Virus record (IMG/VR): IMGVR_UViG_3300029286_001711
Reading direction: 5' to 3' (one strand)
Origin: a virus
Taxonomy: Duplodnaviria > Caudoviricetes
Length of the DNA: 64,000 nucleotides
Of the stretch, positions 37,534 to 46,251 are shown in pieces. The position numbers and the translations under genes are program-made. Within the stretch, counting starts at the first letter, position 1. Each line of letters starts with the position of its first letter. The notes below the pieces were generated by a model. That model was not told the origin of the DNA. It saw only the letters and a list, made by a program, of their open reading frames with translations, and did not search any database.

Positions 37534-37818
37534 TTATTCATAATGATAGTTCTTTCTTTGTGTTGTAATCAAATATTTGTCCAGGAATATTTGTTCTATT
37601 TCAGGTATTGGGTTATTATCACCTAAGAACCCATCTTTACCCCATTGTCCATTTGAGTAATAAGCCACGAGTTCTTCTTCTTCATCACCTAATAGGTACC
37701 ATTTGATTATATGGAAATCTTTATTCATTATACACTCATCTCTCACATATTCTACCCCATCATATTCCACTACATGTGTGAAATCTTCTCTATATCTTGG
37801 TTCTCTTATTATCTTCAT
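37534..37818 (-). CDS. hypothetical protein
   Basis: 94 aa, junction-bounded. Confidence 0.6.
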   Translation of the reverse strand: MKIIREPRYREDFTHVVEYDGVEYVRDECIMNKDFHIIKWYLLGDEEEELVAYYSNGQWGKDGFLGDNNPIPEIEQIFLDKYLITTQRKNYHYE

Positions 37819-37821
37819 TTC

Positions 37822-38019
37822 TTATTGTAATTTAAATTTTTCTATATATTGTATTGGTTTAATATCTTCCTTAATCCATCTGTCATAAAAACGGCCATCC
37901 ATTTCACAGTAATAAACAAATGTTTCCCATCCATAACCACAAAAGACCGTTTCCCATCCGTTCATACTTTCTACCCATTGTCTATATTTACGAAACCCCT
38001 CTCTATATCTTCCTTCCAT
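37822..38019 (-). CDS. hypothetical protein with C-terminal tag
   Basis: Ends KPIQYIEKFKLQ. Confidence 0.6.
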   Translation of the reverse strand: MEGRYREGFRKYRQWVESMNGWETVFCGYGWETFVYYCEMDGRFYDRWIKEDIKPIQYIEKFKLQ

Positions 38020-38022
38020 TTC

Positions 38023-38259
38023 TTATTGTAGTTTTACTTTTCTTAACATTCTTGGTATACAGCAGATTTCCCATTCTATAAATTCCTGATATGTTATTGG
38101 CCATATATGTTCATATTTCACATCACCTATTTCAAAATATCTTAGATAGTCTCTGAGTGAGATTAGTGTCTCTAATTGATTTATTCCCATGAACTTTGAT
38201 TCCAATGTTATATCGTATTTATTTAGTAAGAATTTCCTGTATTCCTTCTCCTTATCCAT
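38023..38259 (-). CDS. hypothetical protein with C-terminal tag
   Basis: Ends IPRMLRKVKLQ. Confidence 0.6.
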   Translation of the reverse strand: MDKEKEYRKFLLNKYDITLESKFMGINQLETLISLRDYLRYFEIGDVKYEHIWPITYQEFIEWEICCIPRMLRKVKLQ

Positions 38260-38428
38260 TTCCTTCTGATAATGTTCTTATTCTAAACAATGGTCTTGGA
38301 GTTCCATGTTGTAATCTTCTTAATCTTTTTCTTTCTTGTTGTCGCATTACCTTTTCTAACCATTCTTCCTCTTCTCTGGTTTTCTTTCTTCTGGGAATAA
38401 AGTTATGTCTCTTTAATTTGAATTCCAT
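38252..38428 (-). CDS. 58 aa basic protein (MEFKLKRH start)
   Basis: My translation MEFKLKRHNFIPRRKKTREEEEWLEKVMRQQ...; fills the gap between junction-bounded ORFs. Confidence 0.55.
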   Translation of the reverse strand: MEFKLKRHNFIPRRKKTREEEEWLEKVMRQQERKRLRRLQHGTPRPLFRIRTLSEGNG

Positions 38429-38431
38429 TTC

Positions 38432-38806
38432 TTATTGTAAGTTGTTTTTGTAAATGTAATCATATCTTACCATCAAACCAACTTCACCTGTTGGTTTCAT
38501 ATCTTTCCCTACGATACCACCGATCGGTGTTACATCATATAGATAAATCCCTTCTACACCTTTTTCCTTGTAGGTTCCTGTGCTAATCTTTTCCTTTGTT
38601 CTTACTAACCATTGATGATAGGTTTCATTTGGTTTTATCATTTCTGACCTAACACACCAGTAAGGAACTTTCTTATGTACTGCAGTTACTATTTTACCTG
38701 GGTTTTTAAAATCATCTTCAGTCTTTGTTTCAAAACTTACTAACTCCTGGTCTTCAATCTTAGTATTACTATCTTGTAGTGGTTTCCATATTTGTATTAC
38801 TTTCAT
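38432..38806 (-). CDS. hypothetical protein
   Basis: 124 aa, ends NLQ within the junction motif. Confidence 0.65.
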   Translation of the reverse strand: MKVIQIWKPLQDSNTKIEDQELVSFETKTEDDFKNPGKIVTAVHKKVPYWCVRSEMIKPNETYHQWLVRTKEKISTGTYKEKGVEGIYLYDVTPIGGIVGKDMKPTGEVGLMVRYDYIYKNNLQ

Positions 38807-38809
38807 ATC

Positions 38810-39118
38810 TTATTGTATATTTAAATTATCTTTTGTATCACCATTGAGTATTGGTATGAGTTCGTCTGGTACATAGTAGGTGTTTCCGTATTTATCCATC
38901 TTTATTGCCTTTGTTAAGAAAGGTTCTGATGTATATCTAACAACAGGGTCTTGAGTATAATAACAGAACCTATGAATCTTTTCATTATCACCGTGTTGAG
39001 CTGTGACTGTATAGTCACCATCATCCCATAAGTTTATTATAATAGTATGATGGCAGTTTGGAAACATCTCGAACATTGTTTTTCTTACGACTTCTATTTT
39101 ATCTGAAAAATTATTCAT
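38810..39118 (-). CDS. hypothetical protein
   Basis: 102 aa, ends NIQ within the junction motif. Confidence 0.65.
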   Translation of the reverse strand: MNNFSDKIEVVRKTMFEMFPNCHHTIIINLWDDGDYTVTAQHGDNEKIHRFCYYTQDPVVRYTSEPFLTKAIKMDKYGNTYYVPDELIPILNGDTKDNLNIQ

Positions 39119-39121
39119 TTC

Positions 39122-39370
39122 TTATCTTATTTCTAATTTCTTAATTTTCTTAATTGGTATTATATCACCCACTAGTCTTAAATGATGTGTATCTATAATT
39201 TCACTTATTGACCCTTCACTAATACCACAATATCTTTTTCTAGTATTTTCAGGTGTATGATAAACTTCTACGTCGTATCTTATATCATCATAGTGATAAC
39301 CAGCACTAATTATTATATTGGTAATTGTTATGCCGTAACCATCACGTCTATAGACCTCACCTATATTCAT
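39122..39370 (-). CDS. small SH3-like protein
   Basis: Likely ATG 39370 MNIGEVY; ends IPIKKIKKLEIR. Confidence 0.6.
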   Translation of the reverse strand: MNIGEVYRRDGYGITITNIIISAGYHYDDIRYDVEVYHTPENTRKRYCGISEGSISEIIDTHHLRLVGDIIPIKKIKKLEIR

Positions 39371-39701
39371 TAGAATTAAAATTGGAAATTGGGGTTTGAT
39401 TTTTATAGAATTCTTCAAACATACTTTCTATATCAAAACTATATAAAGGATTTTTTGTGTCTATCTTTTTAAGGTATTCTCCAGCACACTTATTTACATT
39501 GTGATAAACTATTCCATCCTCTTCTAGTTCATGGTCAAAACTATAAACCTCAGGTTCCATCGATTGTATTATATACCTTTCTCTATATCCAAGATTATAC
39601 ACATCTCTACCATAATGATATGCTTCCAAGACCACACAAACAATCTCTATCGAATCACTATTATATTTAACAACTTCTCCCTTATAGAACAATGGTGTCA
39701 T
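39357..39701 (-). CDS. small SH3-like protein
   Basis: LFYKGEVVKY. Confidence 0.55.
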   Translation of the reverse strand: MTPLFYKGEVVKYNSDSIEIVCVVLEAYHYGRDVYNLGYRERYIIQSMEPEVYSFDHELEEDGIVYHNVNKCAGEYLKKIDTKNPLYSFDIESMFEEFYKNQTPISNFNSNEYR

Positions 39702-39760
39702 ATCACAAATATAATCATTTCTGTGGAATTAGACAAATATATATCTGGACCGTCTTGCAT

Positions 39761-39789
39761 AAAAAACCCCCATATTTCTATGAGGGTTT
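39761..39789 (-). terminator. intrinsic terminator
   Basis: Minus strand AAACCCTCATA-GAAA-TATGGGGGTTTTTT. Confidence 0.75.
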
Positions 39790-39793
39790 ATTT

Positions 39794-40297
39794 TTATCGA
39801 CCTAAAATCTTGGTGATTTGTTTGGCCTTGTTGATGTCATCTATTCCCATTACTTTGAGAACTTGATATGCTTTGAAATCTTCATCGGAGAATTCTTCGA
39901 TTTTTTGTGTGATTAGAAATTGTTTCTTTTCTTCAAGGTCTTTAATCTCTGTCTCTAATTCCACCATTTTATCTTTCGCTCCCTTTATGTCCTCTTCGAT
40001 TGTTTCGAGGTTGATTACGTTTGGTTTCAATTCATATTCGTAGTAATTATATTGGGCCTGATATGACTGTCCATTGTATGTTATTACTGAACAAGTGTAT
40101 TGTGTCTGACCTCCACCACAACCTTTATGTTCTTTTGTAACTTTTACCACAACATCTAAACACTGACCTTGTGATACTCCAAGACCACCTGATGATTGTT
40201 TACCATTTGGTGTTGTTACTACTTTGTATGTTTTTCCTACTTCAATTTTCATTTTTTTTCTTTTAAGTTTGTTTTTAATATATTGGATTAAATTCAT
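39794..40297 (-). CDS. SH3-like plus coiled-coil protein
   Basis: KIEVGKTYKVV (alternative start 40252) followed by a heptad coil. Confidence 0.65.
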   Translation of the reverse strand: MNLIQYIKNKLKRKKMKIEVGKTYKVVTTPNGKQSSGGLGVSQGQCLDVVVKVTKEHKGCGGGQTQYTCSVITYNGQSYQAQYNYYEYELKPNVINLETIEEDIKGAKDKMVELETEIKDLEEKKQFLITQKIEEFSDEDFKAYQVLKVMGIDDINKAKQITKILGR

Positions 40298-40333
40298 ATT
40301 TAATTTTACTTAAAATTTTTGATACTGTCAAAC

Positions 40334-40360
40334 AAAAAACCCTGATGTTATTCAGGGTTC
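40334..40360 (-). terminator. intrinsic terminator
   Basis: Minus strand AACCCTGA-ATAACA-TCAGGGTTTTTT. Confidence 0.7.
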
Positions 40361-41079
40361 ATTAAATTAATTATTTGCCATTTGCCGTCATAATCTTCGA
40401 CCAAACAGGTGCTATTCTCACAAAAGTCTCCTGAATTCATATAATCTTGTTCTAATTTTGGATAATGTATGTGACCACAAACAGCAACATCATAACCTTT
40501 TTGTTTGGTTAAATTCTTAGCATTATCTTCAAAATCTGATACAAAGTTAATTACTCCTTTGACAGATTGTTTAATTGTGTTAGCTAACGAATGATAAGGT
40601 AAATTAAATTTATTTCTTATATAGTTGTATACTGTGTTTAGTTTAATAATAAAATCATATGACCAACCGCCAAGAACTGCTAACCATCTCATTTTCATAA
40701 TTACAAAATCTAAAACATCTCCATGAAAACAATAGTAAGTTCTACCATCTACTCCTGTGTGTACATACTTTCTAACAATTTGAATATTGTTCATAGTAAA
40801 TGGAATAAATGGTTTTAAAAAATCATCGTGATTTCCCCTAATGTATATTACTTTTGTTCCTTTCTCACTTCTCTTCATAAACTTTCTAAATATTTTGGAG
40901 CAATCGTTGTTCCACCTTCCTTTTGATTTTAATGCCCAACCATCAATGATATCGCCATTTAAAATTAATATTTCGGATTTGTTTTCTTTTAAAAACTGTA
41001 ATATCTTTTCTGTTTGTGATTGTCTTGCACCAAGATGTAAATCACTCATTATAATGGTTCGCCATTTTTTCATTGCCAA
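40348..41079 (-). CDS. UDP-2,3-diacylglucosamine diphosphatase-like (LpxH-like) metallophosphoesterase
   Basis: SDLHLG, NGDIID, RGNHD, HGD, CGHIH, NSGDF. Confidence 0.85.
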   Translation of the reverse strand: MAMKKWRTIIMSDLHLGARQSQTEKILQFLKENKSEILILNGDIIDGWALKSKGRWNNDCSKIFRKFMKRSEKGTKVIYIRGNHDDFLKPFIPFTMNNIQIVRKYVHTGVDGRTYYCFHGDVLDFVIMKMRWLAVLGGWSYDFIIKLNTVYNYIRNKFNLPYHSLANTIKQSVKGVINFVSDFEDNAKNLTKQKGYDVAVCGHIHYPKLEQDYMNSGDFCENSTCLVEDYDGKWQIINLMNPE

Positions 41080-41774
41080 TATGAATTATGTTTTTGAAAA
41101 AAGTTCTTATTATTTCTGTTAATAAATGATTGAAACATTAATTTTATCATATACACTACACCCTTGTTTTTAAACCTTCTTGGGCTTGTGAATATGTGTT
41201 TGTCGATAATTTTAAATTTATTGGGTTTTACTTTTTTGGATAATAAATAATCTTCTGCGACTTTTATACTTTCATCAAAACCACCAAGTTTTTTAAATAT
41301 CTTTGTTTTAAATAACATAAAACCACCAAGACAAAATGGGGTTATTGGTTTAATTATTTTTTGTATAACATCGAATGATTTATATGTGTAATTATATTCA
41401 CCTGTTGTTGTTCTAACTTTTGTGGTTAATAAATGAAGTTTTTCTTTTTTCATTATATTAATTGTTTCTGTTAGTAAATTAAAATCTAAAATAAACATGT
41501 CTGCATCCAAAAATAAAACATAAGGAGTTGTTACATATTTAATACCATTATTTCTTGCAACTGAAGGTAGGCCACCTTGAATAATTTGTAAAATAAATTT
41601 ATCTTTTTCTCTTAATTCAAGTTCAACGGTTGTGTTATCCGTTGAAGAATCTGATACAATAACATTAACCCCCTCTATGTTATTTTGTTGGTTTAATAAA
41701 GATAATGTTGTGTCTATTATCTTAGATTCATTTTTACAAGGTATAACGATTGTTAGTAATTTTGAAAGTTCCAT
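41070..41774 (-). CDS. GT2 glycosyltransferase
   Basis: IVIPCKNE, DSSTD, ARNNG, FLDAD, AED; TATTTAT upstream. Confidence 0.88.
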   Translation of the reverse strand: MELSKLLTIVIPCKNESKIIDTTLSLLNQQNNIEGVNVIVSDSSTDNTTVELELREKDKFILQIIQGGLPSVARNNGIKYVTTPYVLFLDADMFILDFNLLTETINIMKKEKLHLLTTKVRTTTGEYNYTYKSFDVIQKIIKPITPFCLGGFMLFKTKIFKKLGGFDESIKVAEDYLLSKKVKPNKFKIIDKHIFTSPRRFKNKGVVYMIKLMFQSFINRNNKNFFQKHNSYWQ

Positions 41775-41813
41775 AATGATAAATATCTTTTAATATTTTC
41801 CTAATCAAATCTC

Positions 41814-42224
41814 TCATTTCATTTTACACCAATACTTACTTGGGATTAACTCTTCCGTAAACCATTTGAAGGAAACATCTTCGTAACCATTCTTATCAGC
41901 ATCTTCACTTTCAGGGTCTTCATAATCATAACACCTTGAGGATTCTATTGAATAGTCTTTAGCGTTGTAGGTTGTATTTTCAGGATCACAAGGTTTATAC
42001 TTAATAATAAGCCCACCTTTTTCATCGGGGATAATATCAGCAATTGTCAGAACGTATCTAGCATCTGTTGGTTGATAATCATCAGGAGATGGGTTGGTTT
42101 TCTGGGGATTATTATTATCAACAACATAGAAAACATCACCAATGTTAATGTTTAAACCTGATACTGCCTCTCTAGCCCATTCCAGGTCGTCGATTTCTTC
42201 TTTTATGATTTTTCTAATATCCAT
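41814..42224 (-). CDS. single-module member of the linker family
   Basis: MDIRKIIKEEIDDLEWARE (leader fused to the EW linker), then NIGDVFYV. Confidence 0.75.
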   Translation of the reverse strand: MDIRKIIKEEIDDLEWAREAVSGLNINIGDVFYVVDNNNPQKTNPSPDDYQPTDARYVLTIADIIPDEKGGLIIKYKPCDPENTTYNAKDYSIESSRCYDYEDPESEDADKNGYEDVSFKWFTEELIPSKYWCKMK

Positions 42225-42225
42225 T

Positions 42226-43611
42226 TTATTCTATAACAATAATATCTACCATATCTTCATTAATCCAATAAGGTAGGTCTAAAACATTATCAGTTAAACA
42301 CTCAACAAGTTGAGCACTCAGAACATCCTCATCGATATCCATACCAAAATTAAAACCAGCTTCACAATCAGAACCACTTCTCACCATCTGTTTAATTTTA
42401 CCTATTCTAAATACTTGTTTAAACCACCATTCAACATTACCATTAAATGAACACAAATCTAAGGATTCTTTAAAATAATCACTACCATTTGATTTTGGGA
42501 TAAGTTTAAATTTTAGTTTATCAAGATTTTTAGGGTTACTTTGTTTAAAGACATCCCAATAGTTTTCAACCCCAGAAACCAAATCTCTGGCCCATTCCAA
42601 TTCATCTTCTTGTTCTCTAATTTTACTAACTCTCTTCCTAGCTGGTCTATACCCGTCAGCATTAATTATAAAATGTTTACCATCTGATTTTCTCACCAGA
42701 TGTGAAATTCTTTCATCGTATTCATTAGTCTCCGTGTTATTGATTAGGTAACAAATATCACCGTTTTCTGGTGTCCCTAATGATGGTACTTGTTGATGTA
42801 AAAATAATGTCCCAACATCACCTTTAATGCCCTCACCCATTTCATATCTACGTGATAAATTATGATAATCTTCACTATCCCACCAATGTTTTCCATATTT
42901 CTGATTAAACTCTTCCATACCTGGAATTTTTACATTTAACATAAATTCTGTATAGGTCGGATAATAAGCCGCACTTCTGGTAACCACAACTTCTGGAAAT
43001 TTAGTTAGTTCCTTAGCCCATTCAAAATCATCTTCAGATTCATTTAGATTACTCTCCACAACTTTCCAAGCACCACTATTCAAAATCTTTAAAAGTTTGC
43101 CTATATCAAAAGGTGTACCTTTTGATGGGTATGAAGCCGGTAAGTTTGCTGGTAAAATATATACAACCCTATCTGTAACTTTTGTTATAACAGCTAATAT
43201 TGGTGAACCACCTGGTATTTTTGATGGTATTGAAAATTTCTGACCAACTTTAAGAAGATTGGTACTATCTAAGTCTTTAACCCAAGATAAATCATCTTCA
43301 GATTCATATAACTGGCCAAAGAAATCGGTATTTTGAATATCAGGTGGAATTAGAGTGAACCAATCTTCATAGTTTCGACCAACCACATCTTTTTGTACAG
43401 TAAATCTAGCAGTATGTTGACCACGATTTCTAACCCCTCCAATACTAATGATATCTTCTCCACGATTACCACCCCTAGATTCAAAGTTGGTAACTTCAAC
43501 ATAATCACCCACCTTTGGCCCAACACCTTCCGTATGGCAATACAAAAAATCTCCGACCTTGGGTACCGGCTTTAATGATTCTTTAATTATTTTACGGATA
43601 GAGTTTCTCAC
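42226..43611 (-). CDS. linker-joined multidomain protein C (4 modules)
   Basis: Likely GTG 43611 after TATTTAT; IRKIIKES leader; QLYESEDDLSWVK, LNESEDDFEWAK, IREQEDELEWAR. Confidence 0.85.
   Translation of the reverse strand: MRNSIRKIIKESLKPVPKVGDFLYCHTEGVGPKVGDYVEVTNFESRGGNRGEDIISIGGVRNRGQHTARFTVQKDVVGRNYEDWFTLIPPDIQNTDFFGQLYESEDDLSWVKDLDSTNLLKVGQKFSIPSKIPGGSPILAVITKVTDRVVYILPANLPASYPSKGTPFDIGKLLKILNSGAWKVVESNLNESEDDFEWAKELTKFPEVVVTRSAAYYPTYTEFMLNVKIPGMEEFNQKYGKHWWDSEDYHNLSRRYEMGEGIKGDVGTLFLHQQVPSLGTPENGDICYLINNTETNEYDERISHLVRKSDGKHFIINADGYRPARKRVSKIREQEDELEWARDLVSGVENYWDVFKQSNPKNLDKLKFKLIPKSNGSDYFKESLDLCSFNGNVEWWFKQVFRIGKIKQMVRSGSDCEAGFNFGMDIDEDVLSAQLVECLTDNVLDLPYWINEDMVDIIVIE
42587..42622 (-). 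repeat. ESED-EW linker copy
   Basis: KIREQEDELEWAR. Confidence 0.8.
43011..43050 (-). repeat. ESED-EW linker copy
   Basis: NLNESEDDFEWAKE; 26 nt identical to 29203-28. Confidence 0.9.
43275..43323 (-). repeat. ESED-EW linker copy
   Basis: FFGQLYESEDDLSWVKD. Confidence 0.85.
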
Positions 43612-43652
43612 GTTAATAAATATCCACATAAAAAAAGAAGAACACATCTCCT

Positions 43653-43925
43653 TTATTTTTTCATCCCTAAATATTCTTTAATTTTGTCTATATCATCTCG
43701 AGATAGGACACCTTTATTCTCAAGTGTTCTAAGTCTTGATGCAATGAATTCATTATTCTGAATGATTAACTCACTCATTTTAATAACGTGTTCTTCTAGA
43801 TGTTTTAATGTTTTATCCTTATCTTCTAATGCTTTTAATCGTTTATTATATTGAACTAAGGTAACGACTAGACCAACAATCATCACAAGAACTAAAAACC
43901 CTATTCCTACCCAAATGTCTTCCAT
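43653..43925 (-). CDS. single-TM coiled-coil protein
   Basis: WVGIGFLVLVMIVGLVVTLV followed by a coil. Confidence 0.65.
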   Translation of the reverse strand: MEDIWVGIGFLVLVMIVGLVVTLVQYNKRLKALEDKDKTLKHLEEHVIKMSELIIQNNEFIASRLRTLENKGVLSRDDIDKIKEYLGMKK

Positions 43926-43937
43926 TATATATAAATA

Positions 43938-44570
43938 TCAACCAATATTATTCTTCTTAATTTTATACTTCCCTATAAATGTTTCAATAAATTTTGCAGC
44001 GACTAATAATTTTAACACTGTCAAGATAAATGAAAATAGATTAGTTTTGGTGTTAAATTTTAAGACTAAAACATACCTATCACCTTCAATTACTGGGAGG
44101 GCTTCATGCCAAGATTTAATTGTATTAGCTCTAAATAACAACCCACAACCCCTTGGATAATCTTGTGGTGTGTATTTATATTTTAAAAAAGGTAAATTAG
44201 TTCCGCCACCTGTAAAATTATTGTTTAAATTTATGGGTAGACTTAAATAACTACCATCATAATGACAAGGCATATTCGATATTAAATTTTTATTGTATTT
44301 TATGATAAAGCTTTGATTTAACTTAAAATCACCAAATTTTTCAACAACTTTATTTATCAAATCTTGAATATGGACAGGTAATTCTGTTGTTTGCATTTCA
44401 TAGGCACTTAAATATAACCACCCATTTTCATTTGAAACTTTTAATTTATCGATATTATCTTCAATTGAGGATATTATCTCATCACACTCAATGTCACTAA
44501 AAACTCTAATGACAGAAAAATTCTTTTTACGTTTTAACCAATCTATTGGGTTATATTCCTCTATATCCAT
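43938..44570 (-). CDS. 2OG-Fe(II) oxygenase (prolyl/lysyl hydroxylase-like)
   Basis: FIIKY, HYD (HxD), FTGGGT, distal H in WHEALPV, and RYVLV. Confidence 0.85.
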   Translation of the reverse strand: MDIEEYNPIDWLKRKKNFSVIRVFSDIECDEIISSIEDNIDKLKVSNENGWLYLSAYEMQTTELPVHIQDLINKVVEKFGDFKLNQSFIIKYNKNLISNMPCHYDGSYLSLPINLNNNFTGGGTNLPFLKYKYTPQDYPRGCGLLFRANTIKSWHEALPVIEGDRYVLVLKFNTKTNLFSFILTVLKLLVAAKFIETFIGKYKIKKNNIG

Positions 44571-45418
44571 TTTATATTGATTTTATCTATTTGGTATAAT
44601 TCTTTATCAATATCATTGGTAATGTCATTAACTTCTTTCATTTTTTTCTTTTTTTCATCTTCAGACATTACCCCACGTTTACCCCTATTGATAGACATAT
44701 TTTTATTAAAATAATAGTAATATAATTCTTCCTTTATTATGTGTTCAGTTTTAATTAAATCTTTCTCATACATTTCAGTTATCCACTCTAAATCTTGATC
44801 TCTAGGTCTATCACTAAATTTTATTTTATTAACAATATCTCTTTTTATCGGTGTTACTGGGTGTGTATAAGTTGTTGTCTCAATTGTGAACCTTTTAACT
44901 AACGATAAGAAAGAAATCATAAAAAGGGTTTTAAAAAATCCACTACCGTCCCATTTCATAATAGGTATACTTCCTAATTTTAGTTTGAAATGAGATTTTA
45001 AATCCGTATTATGAGTGGTTTCTTCTAAAAAAAATAGGTTTAAAAAATTGACTGAATAATAACCCTTTTCTTTAGATATTCTCACTGGAACACTTTTTTT
45101 ATTTAGATTGTCATACCACCTTTTACCTATTGATATTTGGTCCACATTTTTTACTTCTATAACATCACAAATAAGTTTACAATAGTTTTCACTAACCATG
45201 TCGTCGTCATCTATTATAACGACATATCTACCTTTGGCTGTTTGATTTAAAACGTTTCTTTTTTCACCCAAACTTTTTTCAAAATCATCTTCGTAAATTA
45301 TGATTTCAATTTTATCCATTAAATTGTTAATAACGATTTGCTCTTGAAGGTTAAATAGTAACCTATTAAGATATTTCCTTCTTGGTGGTACTGTAGCTAT
45401 AAGTATGGATAATAACAT
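44561..45418 (-). CDS. GT-A fold glycosyltransferase
   Basis: LSILIAT, GEKRN, IIDDDD. Confidence 0.8.
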   Translation of the reverse strand: MLLSILIATVPPRRKYLNRLLFNLQEQIVINNLMDKIEIIIYEDDFEKSLGEKRNVLNQTAKGRYVVIIDDDDMVSENYCKLICDVIEVKNVDQISIGKRWYDNLNKKSVPVRISKEKGYYSVNFLNLFFLEETTHNTDLKSHFKLKLGSIPIMKWDGSGFFKTLFMISFLSLVKRFTIETTTYTHPVTPIKRDIVNKIKFSDRPRDQDLEWITEMYEKDLIKTEHIIKEELYYYYFNKNMSINRGKRGVMSEDEKKKKMKEVNDITNDIDKELYQIDKINIKWI

Positions 45419-45455
45419 ACTTAAGAATAGTTAGTGTGAGTGGAATTATAAAGGG

Positions 45456-46205
45456 TTAGAAAGGGTAGTCTGACTTATTAAAACTATTAACAATTAAATC
45501 ATTATCAGTGGGGAATTTATGTGGGTTTACCTCTATACAATCTTTTCCTCTTCCTATATTAATAGCTTCCCAACCACTAGGTCTTTCCCCTGGGTTTTTT
45601 AACCAAGAAAAATGAAAGCCATCATCGTAACGGTTTTCAACCTCAAAAGGTTCACTATTTAAAATTAATAAAATATCACCATCATCACCCTTGATTTCAC
45701 CACTTAGGGTGATTTGGTCGCCTTTCTCTAAATGTTTCCATACAGATTGTAATGTTATTTCTGATTCTAATGATTGTTTAGCCCAATCTAGTTCATCTTC
45801 GGATTCATATAATTTATTAAAAGCATCTTCAGTTGAGGGTGTGTTATGGAACTTACTAATGAAATCTCTATAAGGTATAAAAATGTAGTCTTGATTTATA
45901 AAACCATTTGGGTTTCCCCAAAAGATATGAGTACCTTGAGTGATATCAGTATCATAATAACCAGCACCAATACCTAAATCTCTACCCCTCATTAAGTAGT
46001 CTTCTATCACAATATCAATATCCGCATCAGTCCAATCCCTATTACTCTCAAGAGGTGAAGGAACCCCATTTACCCTGAAAAAATCAAGAACCATTTTAAT
46101 ATCTTCTTTTTTTGCTGATGGAGTAAAAATCACCATCTTTCCTAAAATAGGGTTAGTAGAGTCGACATATTCTTCCCTTAATATTTTACGGATGGAGTTT
46201 CTCAC
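45456..46205 (-). CDS. linker-joined multidomain protein D (2 modules)
   Basis: Likely GTG 46205; IRKILREE leader; AFNKLYESEDELDWAKQ. Confidence 0.8.
   Translation of the reverse strand: MRNSIRKILREEYVDSTNPILGKMVIFTPSAKKEDIKMVLDFFRVNGVPSPLESNRDWTDADIDIVIEDYLMRGRDLGIGAGYYDTDITQGTHIFWGNPNGFINQDYIFIPYRDFISKFHNTPSTEDAFNKLYESEDELDWAKQSLESEITLQSVWKHLEKGDQITLSGEIKGDDGDILLILNSEPFEVENRYDDGFHFSWLKNPGERPSGWEAINIGRGKDCIEVNPHKFPTDNDLIVNSFNKSDYPF
45777..45826 (-). repeat. ESED-EW linker copy
   Basis: AFNKLYESEDELDWAK. Confidence 0.88.
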
Positions 46206-46223
46206 ACTAATAAATATCCGCAT

Positions 46224-46249
46224 AAAAAAAGAGAGTCTAACTCTCTTTT
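46224..46249. terminator. intrinsic terminator
   Basis: AAAAGAGAG-TCTAA-CTCTCTTTT. Confidence 0.7.
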
Positions 46250-46251
46250 GA

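Larger units (their letters stand above)
35770..39128 (-). repeat. dispersed stop-start junction repeat ACAATA(A/G)GAAATG and variants
   Basis: Copies at 35770, 35889, 36769, 36978, 37262, 37448, 37528, 37816, 38017, 38426, 38804, 39116. Confidence 0.8.

Noticed and set aside
38196-38453. Plus-strand 85 aa ORF in the track
   Set aside because: It is the antisense shadow of the minus-strand ORF 38252..38428, which fits the junction pattern.
35770-39128. Junction repeats as a CRISPR array
   Set aside because: Repeats are only about 13-15 nt, and the intervening segments vary from about 80 to 1000 nt and are mostly intact ORFs; no cas genes are in view.
43938-45418. TET/JBP plus glucosyltransferase DNA-hypermodification system
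   Set aside because: The oxygenase motifs (HYD...FTGGGT...WHEALPV...RYVLV) look like prolyl/lysyl hydroxylases rather than TET/JBP; this is not fully excluded without an HMM search.
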